A DNA stretch of 64,000 bases from Nemertoderma westbladi. Taxonomy: Eukaryota; Animalia; Xenacoelomorpha. Location of the stretch: contig JAUCBJ010007063.1 of the NCBI GenBank assembly GCA_032718475.1, forward strand, positions 13,569 through 77,568, read 5' to 3'. Both the position numbers and the translations under genes were made by a program. Positions 30,521-44,700 of the stretch are shown in pieces (position 1 is the stretch's first letter; each line of letters starts with the position of its first letter). Under the pieces are notes generated by a model, which was not told the DNA's origin, made no database searches, and saw only the letters and a program-made list of their open reading frames with translations.

Positions 30521-33500
30521 TTCTGTATGAGGGTATAGATCGGCAGAGAGACGCTCATACCTGGTAAAGTATGAGGGTATAGATCGGTGGAGAGACGCTC
30601 ATAGCTGGTAAAGTATGAGGGTATAGATCGGCGGAGAGACGCTCATACCTGGTAAAGTATGATGGTATAGATCGGTGGAGAGACGCTCATACCTGGTTCT
30701 GTATGAGGGTATAGATTGGTGGAGAGACGCTCATAGCTGGTAAAGTATGAGGGTATAGATCGGTGGAGAGACGCTCATACCTGGTAAAGTATGATGGTAT
30801 AGATCGGTGGAGAGACGCTCATACCTGGTTCTGTATGAGGGTATAGATCGGTGGAGAGACGCTCATAGCTGGTAAAGTATGAGGGTATAGATCGGTGGAG
30901 AGACGCTCATACCTGGTTCTGTATAGATCGGTGGAGAGACGCTCATAGCTGGTTCTGTATGAGGGTATAGATCGGTGGAGAGACACTCATACCTGGTAAA
31001 GTATGAGGGTATAGATCGGTGGAGAGACGCTCATACCTGGTAAAGTATGAGGGTATAGATCGGTGGAGAGACACTCATACCTGGTAAAGTATGAGGGTAT
31101 AGATCGGTGGAGAGACACTCATACATGGTAAAGTATGAGGGTATAGATCGATGGAGAGACGCTCATACCTGGTAAAGTATGAGGGTATAGATTGGTGGAG
31201 AGACGTCATACCTGGTTCTGTATGATGGTATAGATCGGTGGAGAGACGCTCATACCTGGTTCTGTATGAGGGTACAGATCGGTGGAGAGACGCTCATACC
31301 TGGTTCAGTATGAGGGTATAGATCGGTGGGCTCATACCTGGTTCTGTATGAGGGTATAGATCGGTGGAGAGAAGCTCATACCTGGTTCAGTATGAGTGTA
31401 TAGATCGGTGGAGAGACGCTCATAGCTGGTAAAGTATGATGGTATAGATCGGTGGAGAGACGCTCATACCTGGTTTTGTATGAGGGTATAGATCGGTGGA
31501 GAGACGCTCATACATGGTTCTGTATGAGGGTATAGATCGGTGGAGAGACGCTCATACCTGGTTCTGTATGAGGGTATAGATCGGTGGAGAGACGCTCATA
31601 CCTGATAAAGTATGAGGGTATAGATCGGTGGAGAGACGCTCATACCTGGTTCTGTATGAGGGTATAGATCGGTGGAGAGACGCTCATAGCTGGTAAAGTA
31701 TGAGGGTATAGATCGGTGGAGAGACGCTCATAGCTGGTAAAGTATGAGGGTATAGATCGGTGGAGAGACGCTCATACCTGGTTCTGTATGAGGGTATAGA
31801 TCGGTGGAGAGACGCTCATACCTGGTTCTATATGAGGGTATAGATCGGTGGAGAGACACTCATAGCTGGTAAAGTATGAGGGTATAGATCGGTGGAGAGA
31901 CGCTCATAGCTGGTAAAGTATGAGGGTATAGATCGGTGGAGAGACGCTCATACCTGGTAAAGTATGATGGTATAGATTGGTGGAGAGACGCTCATACCTG
32001 GTTCTGTATGATGGTATAGATCGGTGGAGAGACGCTCATACCTGGTAAAGTATGAGGGTATAGATTGGTGGAGAGACGCTCATACCTGGTAAAGTATGAG
32101 GGTATAGATTGGTGGAGAGACGCTCATACCTGGTAAAGTATGAGGGTATAGATCGGTGGAGAGACGCTCATACCTGGTTCTGTATGAGGGTATAGATTGG
32201 TGGAGAGACGCTCATACCTGGTTCTGTATGAGGGTATAGATCGGTGGAGAGACACTCATACCTGGTTCTGTATGATGGTATAGATCGGTGGAGAGACGCT
32301 CATACCTGGTAAAGTATGAGGGTATAGATCGGTGGAGAGACGCTCATACCTGGTAAAGTATGAGGGTATAGATCGGTGGAGAGACGCTCATAGCTGGTAA
32401 AGTATGAGGGTATAGATCGGTGGAGAGACGCTCATAGCTGGTAAATTATGAGGGTATAGATCGGTGGAGAGACGCTCATACCTGGTAAAGTATGAGGGTA
32501 TAGATTGGTGGAGAGACGCTCATACCTGGTTCTGTATGAGGGTATAGATCGGTGGAGAGACGCTCATACCTGGTAAAGTATGAGGGTATAGATTGGTGGA
32601 GAGACGCTCATACCTGGTTCTGTATGAGGGTATAGATCGGTGGAGAGACGCCCATACCTGGTTCTGTATGAGGGTATAGATCGGTGGAGAGACACTCATA
32701 CCTGGTAAAGTATGAGGGTATAGATTGGTGGAGAGACGCTCATACCTGGTAAAGTATGAGGGTATAGATCGGTGGAGAGACGCTCATGCCTGGTAAAGTA
32801 TGAGGGTATAGATCGGTGGAGAGACGCTCATAGCTGGTAAAGTATGAGGGTATAGATCGTTGGAGAGACGCTCATACCTGGTAAAGTATGAGGGTATAGA
32901 TCGGTGGAGAGACGCTCATAGCTGGTAAAGTATGAGGGTATAGATCGGTGGAGAGACGCTCATAGCTGGTAAAGTATGAGGGTATACATCGGTGGAGAGA
33001 CGCTCATACCTGGTAAAGTATGAGGGTATAGATTGGTGGAGAGACGCTCATACCTGGTTCTGTATGAGGGTATAGATCGGTGGAGAGACGCTCATACCTG
33101 GTTCTAGTATGAGGGTATAGATCGGTGGAGAGACGCCCATACCTGGTTCTGTATGAGGGTATAGATCGGTGGAGAGACACTCATACCTGGTAAAGTATGA
33201 GGGTATAGATCGGTGGAGAGACGCTCATACCTGGTAAAGTATGAGGGTATAGATCGGTGGAGAGACGCTCATACCTGGTTCTGTATGAGGGTATAGATCG
33301 GTGGAGAGACGCTCATAGCTGGTAAAGTATGAGGGTATAGATTGGTGGTGAGACGCTCATAGCTGGTAAAGTATGAGGGTATAGATCGGTGGAGAGACGC
33401 TCATACCTGGTAAAGTATGAGGGTATAGATCGGTGGAGAGACGCTCATACCTGGTAAAGTATGAGGGTATAGATCGGTGGGGAGACGCTCATACCTGGTA

Positions 33501-36500
33501 AAGTATGAGGGTATAGATCGGTGGAGAGACGCTCATACCTGGTAAAGTATGAGGGTATAGATTGGTGGAGAGACGCTCATACCTGGTTCTGTATGAGGGT
33601 ATAGATCGGTGGAGAGACGCTCATACCTGGTAAAGTATGTGGGTATAGATCGGTGGAGAGACGCTCATACCTGGTTCTGTATGAGGGTATAGATCGGTGG
33701 AGAGACACTCATACCTGGTTCTGTATGAGGGTATAGATCGGTGGAGAGACGCTCATACCTGGTAAAGTATGATGGTATAGATCGGTGGAGAGACGCTCAT
33801 ACCTGGTAAAGTATGAGGGTATAGATCGGTGGAGAGACGCTCATACCTGGTTCTGTATGAGGGTATAGATCGGTGGAGAGACGCTCATACCTGGTAAAGT
33901 ATGAGGGTATAGATCGGTGGAGAGACGCTCATACCTGGTTCTGTATGAGGGTATAGATCGGTGGAGAGACGCTCATACCTGGTAAAGTATGTGGGTATAG
34001 ATCGGTGGAGAGACGCTCATACCTGGTTCTGTATGAGGGTATAGATCGGTGGAGAGACACTCATACCTGGTTCTGTATGATGGTATAGATCGGTGGAGAG
34101 ACGCTCATACCTGGTAAAGTATGTGGGTATAGATCGGTGGAGAGACGCTCATACCTGGTAAAGTATGAGGGTATAGATTGGTGGAGAGACGCTCATACCT
34201 GGTAAAGTATGAGGGTATAGATCGGTGGAGAGACGCTCATACCTGGTAAAGTATGAGGGTATAGATCGGTGGAGAGACGCTCATACCTGGTAAAGTATGA
34301 GGGTATAGATCGGTGGAGAGACGCTCATACCTGGTAAAGTATGTGGGTATAGATCGGTGGAGAGACGCTCATACCTGGTTCTGTATGAGGGTATAGATCG
34401 GTGGAGAGACGCTCATACCTGGTAAAGTATGTGGGTATAGATCGGTGGAGAGACGCTCATACCTGGTTCTGTATGAGGGTATAGATCGGTGGAGAGACAC
34501 TCATACCTGGTTCTGTATGATGGTATAGATCGGTGGAGAGACGCTCATACCTGGTAAAGTATGTGGGTATAGATCGGTGGAGAGACGCTCATACCTGGTT
34601 CTGTATGATGGTATAGATCGGTGGAGAGACGCTCATACCTGGTAAAGTATGTGGGTATAGATCGGTGGAGAGACGCTCATACCTGGTTCTGTATGAGGGT
34701 ATAGATCGGTGGAGAGACGCTCATACCTGGTAAAGTATGTGGGTATAGATCGGTGGAGAGACGCTCATACCTGGTTCTGTATGAGGGTATAGATCGGTGG
34801 AGAGACACTCATACCTGGTTCTGTATGATGGTATAGATCGGTGGAGAGACGCTCATACCTGGTAAAGTATGTGGGTATAGATCGGTGGAGAGACGCTCAT
34901 ACCTGGTTCTGTATGAGGGTATAGATCGGTGGAGAGACACTCATACCTGGTTCTGTATGATGGTATAGATCGGTGGAGAGACGTTCATACCTGGTAAAGT
35001 ATGAGGGTATAGATCGGCGGAGAGACGCTCATACCTGGTTCTGTATGAGGGTATAGATCGGTGGAGAGACGCTCATACCTGGTAAAGTATGTGGGTATAG
35101 ATCGGTGGAGAGACGCTCATACCTGGTTCTGTATGAGGGTATAGATCGGTGGAGAGACACTCATACCTGGTTCTGTATGATGGTATAGATCGGTGGAGAG
35201 ACGCTCATACCTGGTAAAGTATGTGGGTATAGATTGGTGGAGAGACGCTCATACCTGGTTCTGTATGAGGGTATAGATCGGTGGAGAGACGCTCATACCT
35301 GGTAAAGTATGAGGGTATAGATCGGTGGAGAGACGCTCATACCTGGTTCTGTATGAGGGTATAGATCGGTGGAGAGACGCTCATACCTGGTAAAGTATGA
35401 GGGTATAGATCGGTGGAGAGACGCTCATACCTGGTTCTGTATGAGGGTATAGATCGGTGGAGAGACGCTCATACCTGGTAAAGTATGATGGTATAGATCG
35501 GTGGAGAGACGCTCATAGCTGGTAAAGTATGAGGGTATAGATCGGTGGAGAGACGCTCATACCTGGTAAAGTATGAGGGTATAGATCGGTGGAGAGACGC
35601 TCATACCTGGTTCTGTATGAGGGTATAGATCGGTGGAGAGATGCTCATACCTGGTAAAGTATGAGGGTATAGATCGGTGGAGAGACGCTCATAGCTGGTA
35701 AAGTATGTGCGTATAGATCGGTGGAGAGACGCTCATACCTGGTTCTGTATGAGGGTATAGATCGGTGGAGAGACGCCCATACCTGGTAAAGTATGATGGT
35801 ATAGATCGGTGGAGAGACGCTCATAGCTGGTAAAGTATGTGGGTATAGATCGGTGGAGAGACGCTCATAGCTGGTAAAGTATGTGGGTATAGATCGGTGG
35901 AGAGACGCTCATACCTGGTTCTGTATGATGGTATAGATCGGTGGAGAGACGCTCATACCTGGTAAAGTATGAGGGTATAGATCGGTGGAGAGACGCTCAT
36001 AGCTGGTAAAGTATGTGGGTATAGATCGGTGGAGAGACGCTCATACCTGGTTCTGTATGAGGGTATAGATCGGTGGAGAGACGCTCATACCTGGTAAAGT
36101 ATGAGGGTATAGATCGGTGGAGAGACGCTCATAGCTGGTAAAGTATGTGGGTATAGATCGGTGGAGAGACGCTCATACCTGGTTCTGTATGAGGGTATAG
36201 ATCGGTGGAGAGACGCTCATACTTGGTAAAGTATGATGTTATAGATCGGTGGAGAGACGCTCATAGCTGGTAAAGTATGAGGGTATAGATCGGTGGAGAG
36301 ACGCTCATACCTGGTTCTGTATGAGGGTATAGATCGGTGGAGAGACGCTCATACCTGGTAAAGTATGAGGGTATAGATCGGTGGAGAGACGCTCATAGCT
36401 GGTAAAGTATGTGGGTATAGATCGGTGGAGAGACGCTCATACCTGGTTCTGTATGAGGGTATAGATCGGTGGAGAGACGCCCATACCTGGTAAAGTATGA

Positions 36501-39500
36501 TGGTATAGATCGGTGGAGAGACGCTCATAGCTGGTAAAGTATGTGGGTATAGATCGGTGGAGAGACGCTCATAGCTGGTAAAGTATGTGGGTATAGATCG
36601 GTGGAGAGACGCTCATACCTGGTTCTGTATGATGGTATAGATCGGTGGAGAGACGCTCATACCTGGTAAAGTATGAGGGTATAGATCGGTGGAGAGACGC
36701 TCATAGCTGGTAAAGTATGTGGGTATAGATCGGTGGAGAGACGCTCATAGCTGGTAAAGTATGTGGGTATATATCGGTGGAGAGACGCTCATAGCTGGTA
36801 AAGTATGTGGGTATAGATCGGTGGAGAGACGCTCATACCTGGTTCTGTATGAGGGTATAGATCGGTGGAGAGACACTCATACCTGGTAAAGTATGAGGGT
36901 ATAGATCGGTGGAGAGACGCTCATACCTGGTTCTGTATGAGGGTATAGATCGGTGGAGAGAGGCTCATACCTGGTTCTGTATGAGGGTATAGATCGGTGG
37001 AGAGACGCCCATACCTGGTTCTGTATGAGGGTATAGATCGGTGGAGAGACGCTCATACCTGGTTCTGTATGAGGGTATAGATCGGTGGAGAGACGCTCAT
37101 ACCTGGTTCTGTATGAGGGTATAGATCGGTGGAGAGACGCTCATACCTGGTAAAGTATTAGGGTATAGATCGGTGGAGAGACGCTCATACCTGGTTCTGT
37201 ATGAGGGTATAGATCGGTGGAGAGACGCTCATACCTGGTTCTGTATGAGGGTATAGATCGGTGGAGAGACGCTCATACCTGGTTCTGTATGAGGGTATAG
37301 ATCGGTGGAGAGACACTCATACCTGGTAAAGTATGAGGGTATAGATCGGTGGAGAGACACTCATACCTGGTTCTGTATGAGGGTATAGATCGGTGGAGAG
37401 ACGCTCATACCTGGTTCTGTATGAGGGTATAGATCGGTGGAGAGACGCTCATACCTGGTTCTGTATGAGGGTATAGATCGGTGGAGAGACGCTCATACCT
37501 GGTTCTGTATGAGGGTATAGATCGGTGGAGAGACGCTCATACCTGGTTCTGTATGAGGGTATAGATCGGTGGAGAGACGCTCATACCTGGTAAAGTATTA
37601 GGGTATAGATCGGTGGAGAGACGCTCATACCTGGTTCTGTATGAGGGTATAGATCGGTGGAGAGACGCCCATACCTGGTTCTGTATGAGGGTATAGATCG
37701 GTGGAGAGACGCTCATACCTGGTTCTGTATGAGGGTATAGATCGGTGGAGAGACACTCATACCTGGTAAAGTATGAGGGTATAGATCGGTGGAGAGACAC
37801 TCATACCTGGTTCTGTATGAGGGTATAGATCGGTGGAGAGAGGCTCATACCTGGTTCTGTATGAGGGTATAGATCGGTGGAGAGAGGCTCATACCTGGTT
37901 CTGTATGAGGGTATAGATCGGTGGAGAGACGCTCATACCTGGTTCTGTATGAGGGTATAGATCGGTGGAGAGACGCTCATACCTGGTTCTGTATGAGGGT
38001 ATAGATCGGTGGAGAGACGCTCATACCTGGTTCTGTATGAGGGTATAGATCGGTGGAGAGACGCTCATACCTGGTAAAGTATGAGGGTATAGATCGGTGG
38101 AGAGACGCTCATACCTGGTAAAGTATGAGGGTATAGATCGGTGGATAGACGCTCATACTTGGTAAAGTATGAGGGTATAGATCGGTGGAGAGACGCTCAT
38201 ACCTGGTTCTGTATGAGGGTATAGATCGGTGGAGAGACGCTCATACCTGGTAAAGTATGAGGGTATAGATCGGTGGAGAGACGCTCATACCTGGTTCTGT
38301 ATGAGGGTATAGATCGGTGGAGAGACGCTCATACCTGGTAAAGTATGAGGGTATAGATCGGTGGAGAGACGCTCATACCTGGTTCTGTATGAGGGTATAG
38401 ATCGGTGGAGAGAGGCTCATACCTGGTTCTGTATGAGGGTATAGATCGGTGGAGAGACGCTCATACCTGGTAAAGTATGAGGGTATAGATCGGTGGAGAG
38501 ACGCTCATAGCTGGTAAAGTATGAGGGTATAGATCGGTGGAGAGATGCTCATAGCTGGTAAAGTATGAGGGTATAGATCGGTGGAGAGACGCTCATACCT
38601 GGTTCTGTATGAGGGTATAGATCGGTGGAGAGAGGCTCATACCTGGTTCTGTATGAGGGTATAGATCGGTGGAGAGACGCTCATACCTGGTAAAGTGTGA
38701 GGGTATAGATCGGTGGAGAGACGCTCATAGCTGGTAAAGTATGTGGGTATAGATCGGTGGAGAGACGCTCATAGCTGGTAAAGTATGTGGGTATAGATCG
38801 GTGGAGAGACGCTCATAGCTGGTAAAGTATGTGGGTATAGATCGGTGGAGAGACGTTCATACCTGGTTCTGTATGAGGGTATAGATCGGTGGAGAGACAC
38901 TCATACCTGGTAAAGTATGAGGGTATAGATCGGTGGAGAGACGCTCATAGCTGGTAAAGTATGTGGGTATAGATCGGTGGAGAGACGCTCATAGCTGGTA
39001 AAGTATGTGGGTATAGATCGGTGGAGAGACGCTCATAGCTGGTAAAGTATGTGGGTATAGATCGGTGGAGAGACGCTCATACCTGGTTCTGTATGAGGGT
39101 ATAGATCGGTGGAGAGACACTCATACCTGGTAAAGTATGAGGGTATAGATCGGTGGAGAGACGCTCATACCTGGTTCTGTATGAGGGTATAGATCGGTGG
39201 AGAGAGGCTCATACCTGGTTCTGTATGAGGGTATAGATCGGTGGAGAGAAGCCCATACCTGGTTCTGTATGAGGGTATAGATCGGTGGAGAGACGCTCAT
39301 ACCTGGTTCTGTATGAGGGTATAGATCGGTGGAGAGACGCTCATACCTGGTTCTGTATGAGGGTATAGATCGGTGGAGAGACGCTCATACCTGGTAAAGT
39401 ATGAGGGTATAGATCGGTGGAGAGACGCTCATACCTGGTTCTGTATGAGGGTATAGATCGGTGGAGAGACGCTCATACCTGGTTCTGTATGAGGGTATAG

Positions 39501-41259
39501 ATCGGTGGAGAGACGCTCATGCCTGGTTCTGTATGAGGGTATAGATCGGTGGAGAGACGCTCATACCTGGTAAAGTAGGAGGGTATAGATCGGTGGAGAG
39601 ACGCTCATACCTGGTTCTGTATGAGGGTATAGATCGGTGGAGAGACGCTCATACCTGGTAAAGTATGAGGGTATAGATCGGTGGAGAGACGCTCATACCT
39701 GGTTCTGTATGAGGGTATAGATCGGTGGAGAGACGCTCATACCTGGTAAAGTATGAGGGTATAGATCGGTGGAGAGACGCTCATACCTGGTTCTGTATGA
39801 GGGTATAGATCGGTGGAGAGAGGCTCATACCTGGTTCTGTATGAGGGTATAGATCGGTGGAGAGACGCTCATACCTGGTAAAGTATGAGGGTATAGATCG
39901 GTGGAGAGACGCTCATACCTGGTTCTGTATGAGGGTATAGATCGGTGGAGAGACGCTCATAGCTGGTAAAGTATGAGGGTATAGATCGGTGGTGAGACGC
40001 TCATAGCTGGTAAAGTATGAGGGTATAGATCGGTGGAGAGACGCTCATACCTGGTAAAGTATGAGGGTATAGATCTGTGGAGAGACGCTCATACCTGGTA
40101 AAGTATGAGGGTATAGATCGGTGGGGAGACGCTCATACCTGGTAAAGTATGAGGGTATAGATCGGTGGAGAGACGCTCATACCTGGTAAAGTATGAGGGT
40201 ATAGATTGGTGGAGAGACGCTCATACCTGGTTCTGTATGAGGGTATAGATCGGTGGAGAGACGCTCATACCTGGTAAAGTATGTGGGTATAGATCGGTGG
40301 AGAGACGCTCATACCTGGTTCTGTATGAGGGTATAGATCGGTGGAGAGACACTCATACCTGGTTCTGTATGAGGGTATAGATCGGTGGAGAGACGCTCAT
40401 ACCTGGTAAAGTATGATGGTATAGATCGGTGGAGAGACGCTCATACCTGGTAAAGTATGAGGGTATAGATTGGTGGAGAGACGCTCATACCTGGTTCTGT
40501 ATGAGGGTATAGATCGGTGGAGAGACGCTCATACCTGGTAAAGTATGATGGTATAGATCGGTGGAGAGACGCTCATACCTGGTTCTGTATGAGGGTATAG
40601 ATCGGTGGAGAGACGCTCATACCTGGTAAAGTATGTGGGTATAGATCGGTGGAGAGACGCTCATACCTGGTTCTGTATGAGGGTATAGATCGGTGGAGAG
40701 ACACTCATACCTGGTTCTGTATGATGGTATAGATCGGTGGAGAGACGCTCATACCTGGTAAAGTATGTGGGTATAGATCGGTGGAGAGACGCTCATACCT
40801 GGTAAAGTATGAGGGTATAGATTGGTGGAGAGACGCTCATACCTGGTAAAGTATGAGGGTATAGATCGGTGGAGAGACGCTCATACCTGGTAAAGTATGA
40901 GGGTATAGATTGGTGGAGAGACGCTCATACCTGGTAAAGTATGAGGGTATAGATCGGTGGAGAGACGCTCATACCTGGTAAAGTATGTGGGTATAGATCG
41001 GTGGAGAGACGCTCATACCTGGTAAAGTATGAGGGTATAGATCGGTGGAGAGACGCTCATACCTGGTAAAGTATGTGGGTATAGATCGGTGGAGAGACGC
41101 TCATACCTGGTTCTGTATGAGGGTATAGATCGGTGGAGAGACACTCATACCTGGTTCTGTATGATGGTATAGATCGGTGGAGAGACGCTCATACCTGGTA
41201 AAGTATGTGGGTATAGATCGGTGGAGAGACGCTCATACCTGGTTCTGTATGATGGTATA
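30521..41259. repeat. 44-bp tandem satellite, left part
   Basis: Unit gtatgagggtatagatcggtggagagacgctcatacctggt(aaa/tct). Confidence 0.98.
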
Positions 41260-41591
41260 TGGAGTATCCCGGACATTATCTACCACCATTACTTATTATA
41301 TTATAATTGGTGTTAATCGGTGTATTGGTGCTGGGTTGTTATTTTATATGAGATAACCTACGCGTAGCTACTATAACAATCTACGTGTAGCTGCTAGAAT
41401 ACATATATAGGGTACTGACTCTGGTACATTCAAACTTTGCTGCATTGTGCAGTTGTGCCCTATACAGCCATAACAGTACTGCAGTATACAGCTGCAGTAC
41501 CGGTATGCTTTACCAATATTACTTTATTACAATCTACACACTGGCGTTCTTTTTACTCTTAATATTATTATGTAAAGTTAAGAACGATACA
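41260..41591 (+). repeat. 5' LTR of the Gypsy element (332 bp)
   Basis: tggagtatccc...gaacgataca; no difference from 46394-46725 seen by eye. TATA-like tatatag near 41404. Confidence 0.97.
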
Positions 41592-41599
41592 TGGCGCAG
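41592..41599 (+). other. tRNA primer-binding site of the Gypsy element
   Basis: TGGCGCAG directly follows the LTR and is complementary to a tRNA 3' end ...CUGCGCCA (compatible with a tRNA-Ser; identity not verified). Confidence 0.75.
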
Positions 41600-41710
41600 T
41601 TATATTTCGGTAGCGACGTTCGCTAGCTGGAACCTATGATACGGAACTCAACACTGCAACCGGTAGGCCTACACGGATAGGGGTACCGGTACCGGCGGTT
41701 GGATTACACA

Positions 41711-44700
41711 ATGGCTACCGTTGGTGGCAAACCCAACTTGGACGACACGACCGAGTTGGAGGAGGATGACGTGGCGACGATGGATCGCGCATCCCTCTTG
41801 CGGCATTGCGAAAATGTGAATATCCATGCGAATCCAAAGGATTCAACTGTTTCCCTGCGGCGTAAGTTACTCCGTTACATCGAGGGAGACAATACAGATA
41901 CACCTGCGGCACCGACCCAGGGTACAACAGATCTCGTACAACTCCTTGAGCGTCTCGAGATACAACGCCGTGCGGATGACGAGGAACGCGAAGAACGCAG
42001 ATGCGAGGAACGCGAGGAGTTTATCCGCCTCTTCAACCACAACCCAGCTGCCCCAACACAGGGAACCGGCGGGCGCACACAACACAACGCCCCTATTGTA
42101 AAACTCCAGGTCCGCACACCGGATAAACTGGAGCGGAACATAAAGCTGGCTACATTCCAGCACTGGCGTACCGCCTGGCAGAATTACCAGACGATAACGC
42201 GCTTAATGGATAAACCTCGAGAGGAGCAGGTGGCGACCTTCTTTGCGTACTGTAATACGGAGCTACTAACGGACTTACACCACCTAATGGGAATACCCGC
42301 GGATACCGATCTCGATGTTGAGGCAATCTTGGACCGGATCCAAGAACATATAAGAGCCCAACACAATATACTGGTGGACCGGTACCAGCTACTTAAAAAC
42401 CGGCAGTCTGAGCGGCAGACTTTTAACGAATATTGGGTTAAACTCCAGGAAGCTTTTGACGACGCCCAGATTAACGAAATGACTCAGGAGGAATGGAAAC
42501 TTACCCTCCTGGTCTGTGGTTTAACCGACGAGAAGACCAGAGAGGAAGTGTTTGCGAAGAAGCCGAGACTTGACCTCGCCGGCACTGTAGAATTTTGCCA
42601 GGCTAGAGAGGTCGCTGCAAAGGAAACCCAGCGACTCCAACGCAGCGTACAGGCGGTCTCCCGCGACGAGCAACCGCCACAACGCAACCGTCCCCAGCAC
42701 CATGCTAAAAGCCGATATCAGCGCTATAAATCCGGAGGCAGCCAAGATCGCAGACGTTCTGCGACGGCAACCGGCACAAGGCGCGGAAGTTCAGTTACTC
42801 GCGAGGACTATAGTCGTGCCAGAGACATGGAGAAAGAGTCAGGACGATGTATGAAATGTGGAGATAAACTCCCGCATTCCGGCGTATGTAAGGCGGTCGA
42901 CATCAACTGCAATGCCTGTGGCCGGAAGGGCCACCTCGGGCGCTTCTGTCTCGCTAAAACAACGACTAAACCGTCGAAAAATAGCGGGGCTATAAATATC
43001 GGACGTCTAATTGCTGACATAGAACAGCACTGCGAGGACCGGCGGCGGCCACTGATTCCGGTAGACTTCTATCTTCCACCTCGCAGCACAGGAGGAACCA
43101 GATATTATCTGACCAACCTCGCGTGCGTGGCGGATACCGGTGCGCAGGTCACCCTCGCGAGCACCGAAATCCAGGAGGAATGGGACTTTCCAACTGGAGC
43201 AGTTTACCGTGACCCGGATTACCAACTCACAGGCGCAAACGGTGATATAATTCAATGTGACGGCTGCATCGACCTGCAGTTGGTTACAGGAGGCCGCACC
43301 TACACGGAGTGTATATACCTCTGTCCGGATCTCAAATACAACACGATTTTCCTTTCCCTCAATGCCTGTATCGGACTCAACATTGTCCACCCCGATTTCC
43401 CCATACCACTACATCAAGTAGCCTCTATCGACGGAGAGGCGCGCCTTAGGGTTAGTCGCGAGATCAACACTCTACAGGACGATAACATAGAGGACGTCGC
43501 GACCTCACACCAAACTAGTGCAGTGGAAACATATCACAGCCGGGAGAAAGAATCAATAATACAGGAATATCATGACGTTTTCGATTGCAAGGGGCCCCTT
43601 AAAATTATGGTAGGCCCCCCCATGAAAATCGAACTCAAAGATGGAGCAACACCATTCTGCCTAAATGCGCCACGTGCCATTCCCATCCCGTATCGTGAGA
43701 AAGCAAAACTGGAGATTGAGGAAATGCTAAAAAAGGGGATAATCGAGCGTATCGGGGATAGACCCGTGGCGTGGAGCCACCCTATTGTGGTTTGCGGTAA
43801 ACCAGGGCGCCCAGGGGATATCCGAATGACAGTAGACCTGACCAAGCTAAACAGTCAGGTCAAGCGGACCATCCACACCGCACCGCCACCCCACAATCTT
43901 GTATTTGACAGATCCCCTGGAGCGAAAATTTTCAGTGTCCTAGATGCAAAATCAGGATACTGGCAGGTCGCACTTGATGAAGAGTCGCGCGATTTTACGA
44001 CTTTCATTACGCCTTGGGGCCGATACCGCTATTGCCGGGCTCCCATGGGCTTCATCAGCTCCGGCGATAGCTACAACTACCGTGGAGATCTCGCACTCAA
44101 CGGGCTGGACCGAGTTAAAAAGATAGTCGATGATGTTCTCGTGGAGGATACCGACATCGACACCCACCGCACACACATCCGGGAGGTTCTAAACCGTTGT
44201 CGTGACAACGGTATCACCTTAAATCCAAATAAATTCCAGTATGCCCAATCGAGCGTTCGCTTCGCCGGATACATACTCAGTGGCGAGGGAGTAGCAGCAG
44301 ACCCAAATAAAGTCCGCGCTATCGGGGAATACCCCACGCCGCAGAATATCACCGACCTTAGAAGCTTCATGGGGTTGGTGAACCAGTTGGGTTATTTTTC
44401 GAGTGGAATCTCAACCACTGCATCTCCCCTGCGCGACCTACTACGAGCTCGCAACACTTTTATATGGACTCCAAACCATGAGGATGCCTTCAATGCGACC
44501 AAGGCGGCGCTCGTGAGTCCTCCAATTCTAGCACCGTTCGACGCCAGCCTTACAACGCGTCTTGAAACGGATGCGAGTCGCCTCCATGGGCTGGGATACG
44601 ACTTACTCCAGCAACACGGCGAGGATTGGAGACTTGTGGCTTGCGGAAGCCGTTTCCTCACGGACCCGGAGAGCCGTTACGCCACCATTGAATTGGAATG

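Noticed and set aside
3561-30558. Very long His-rich minus-strand ORFs (up to 1436 aa) as protein-coding genes
   Set aside because: They are translations of the 59-bp satellite. The unit length is not a multiple of 3, all frames give the same peptide, and variants introduce stops and 2-bp shifts freely.
44125-44136. IVDD instead of YxDD as a sign of an inactive Gypsy RT
   Set aside because: Both catalytic aspartates are present, and aliphatic residues at this position are common in Mag-type elements.
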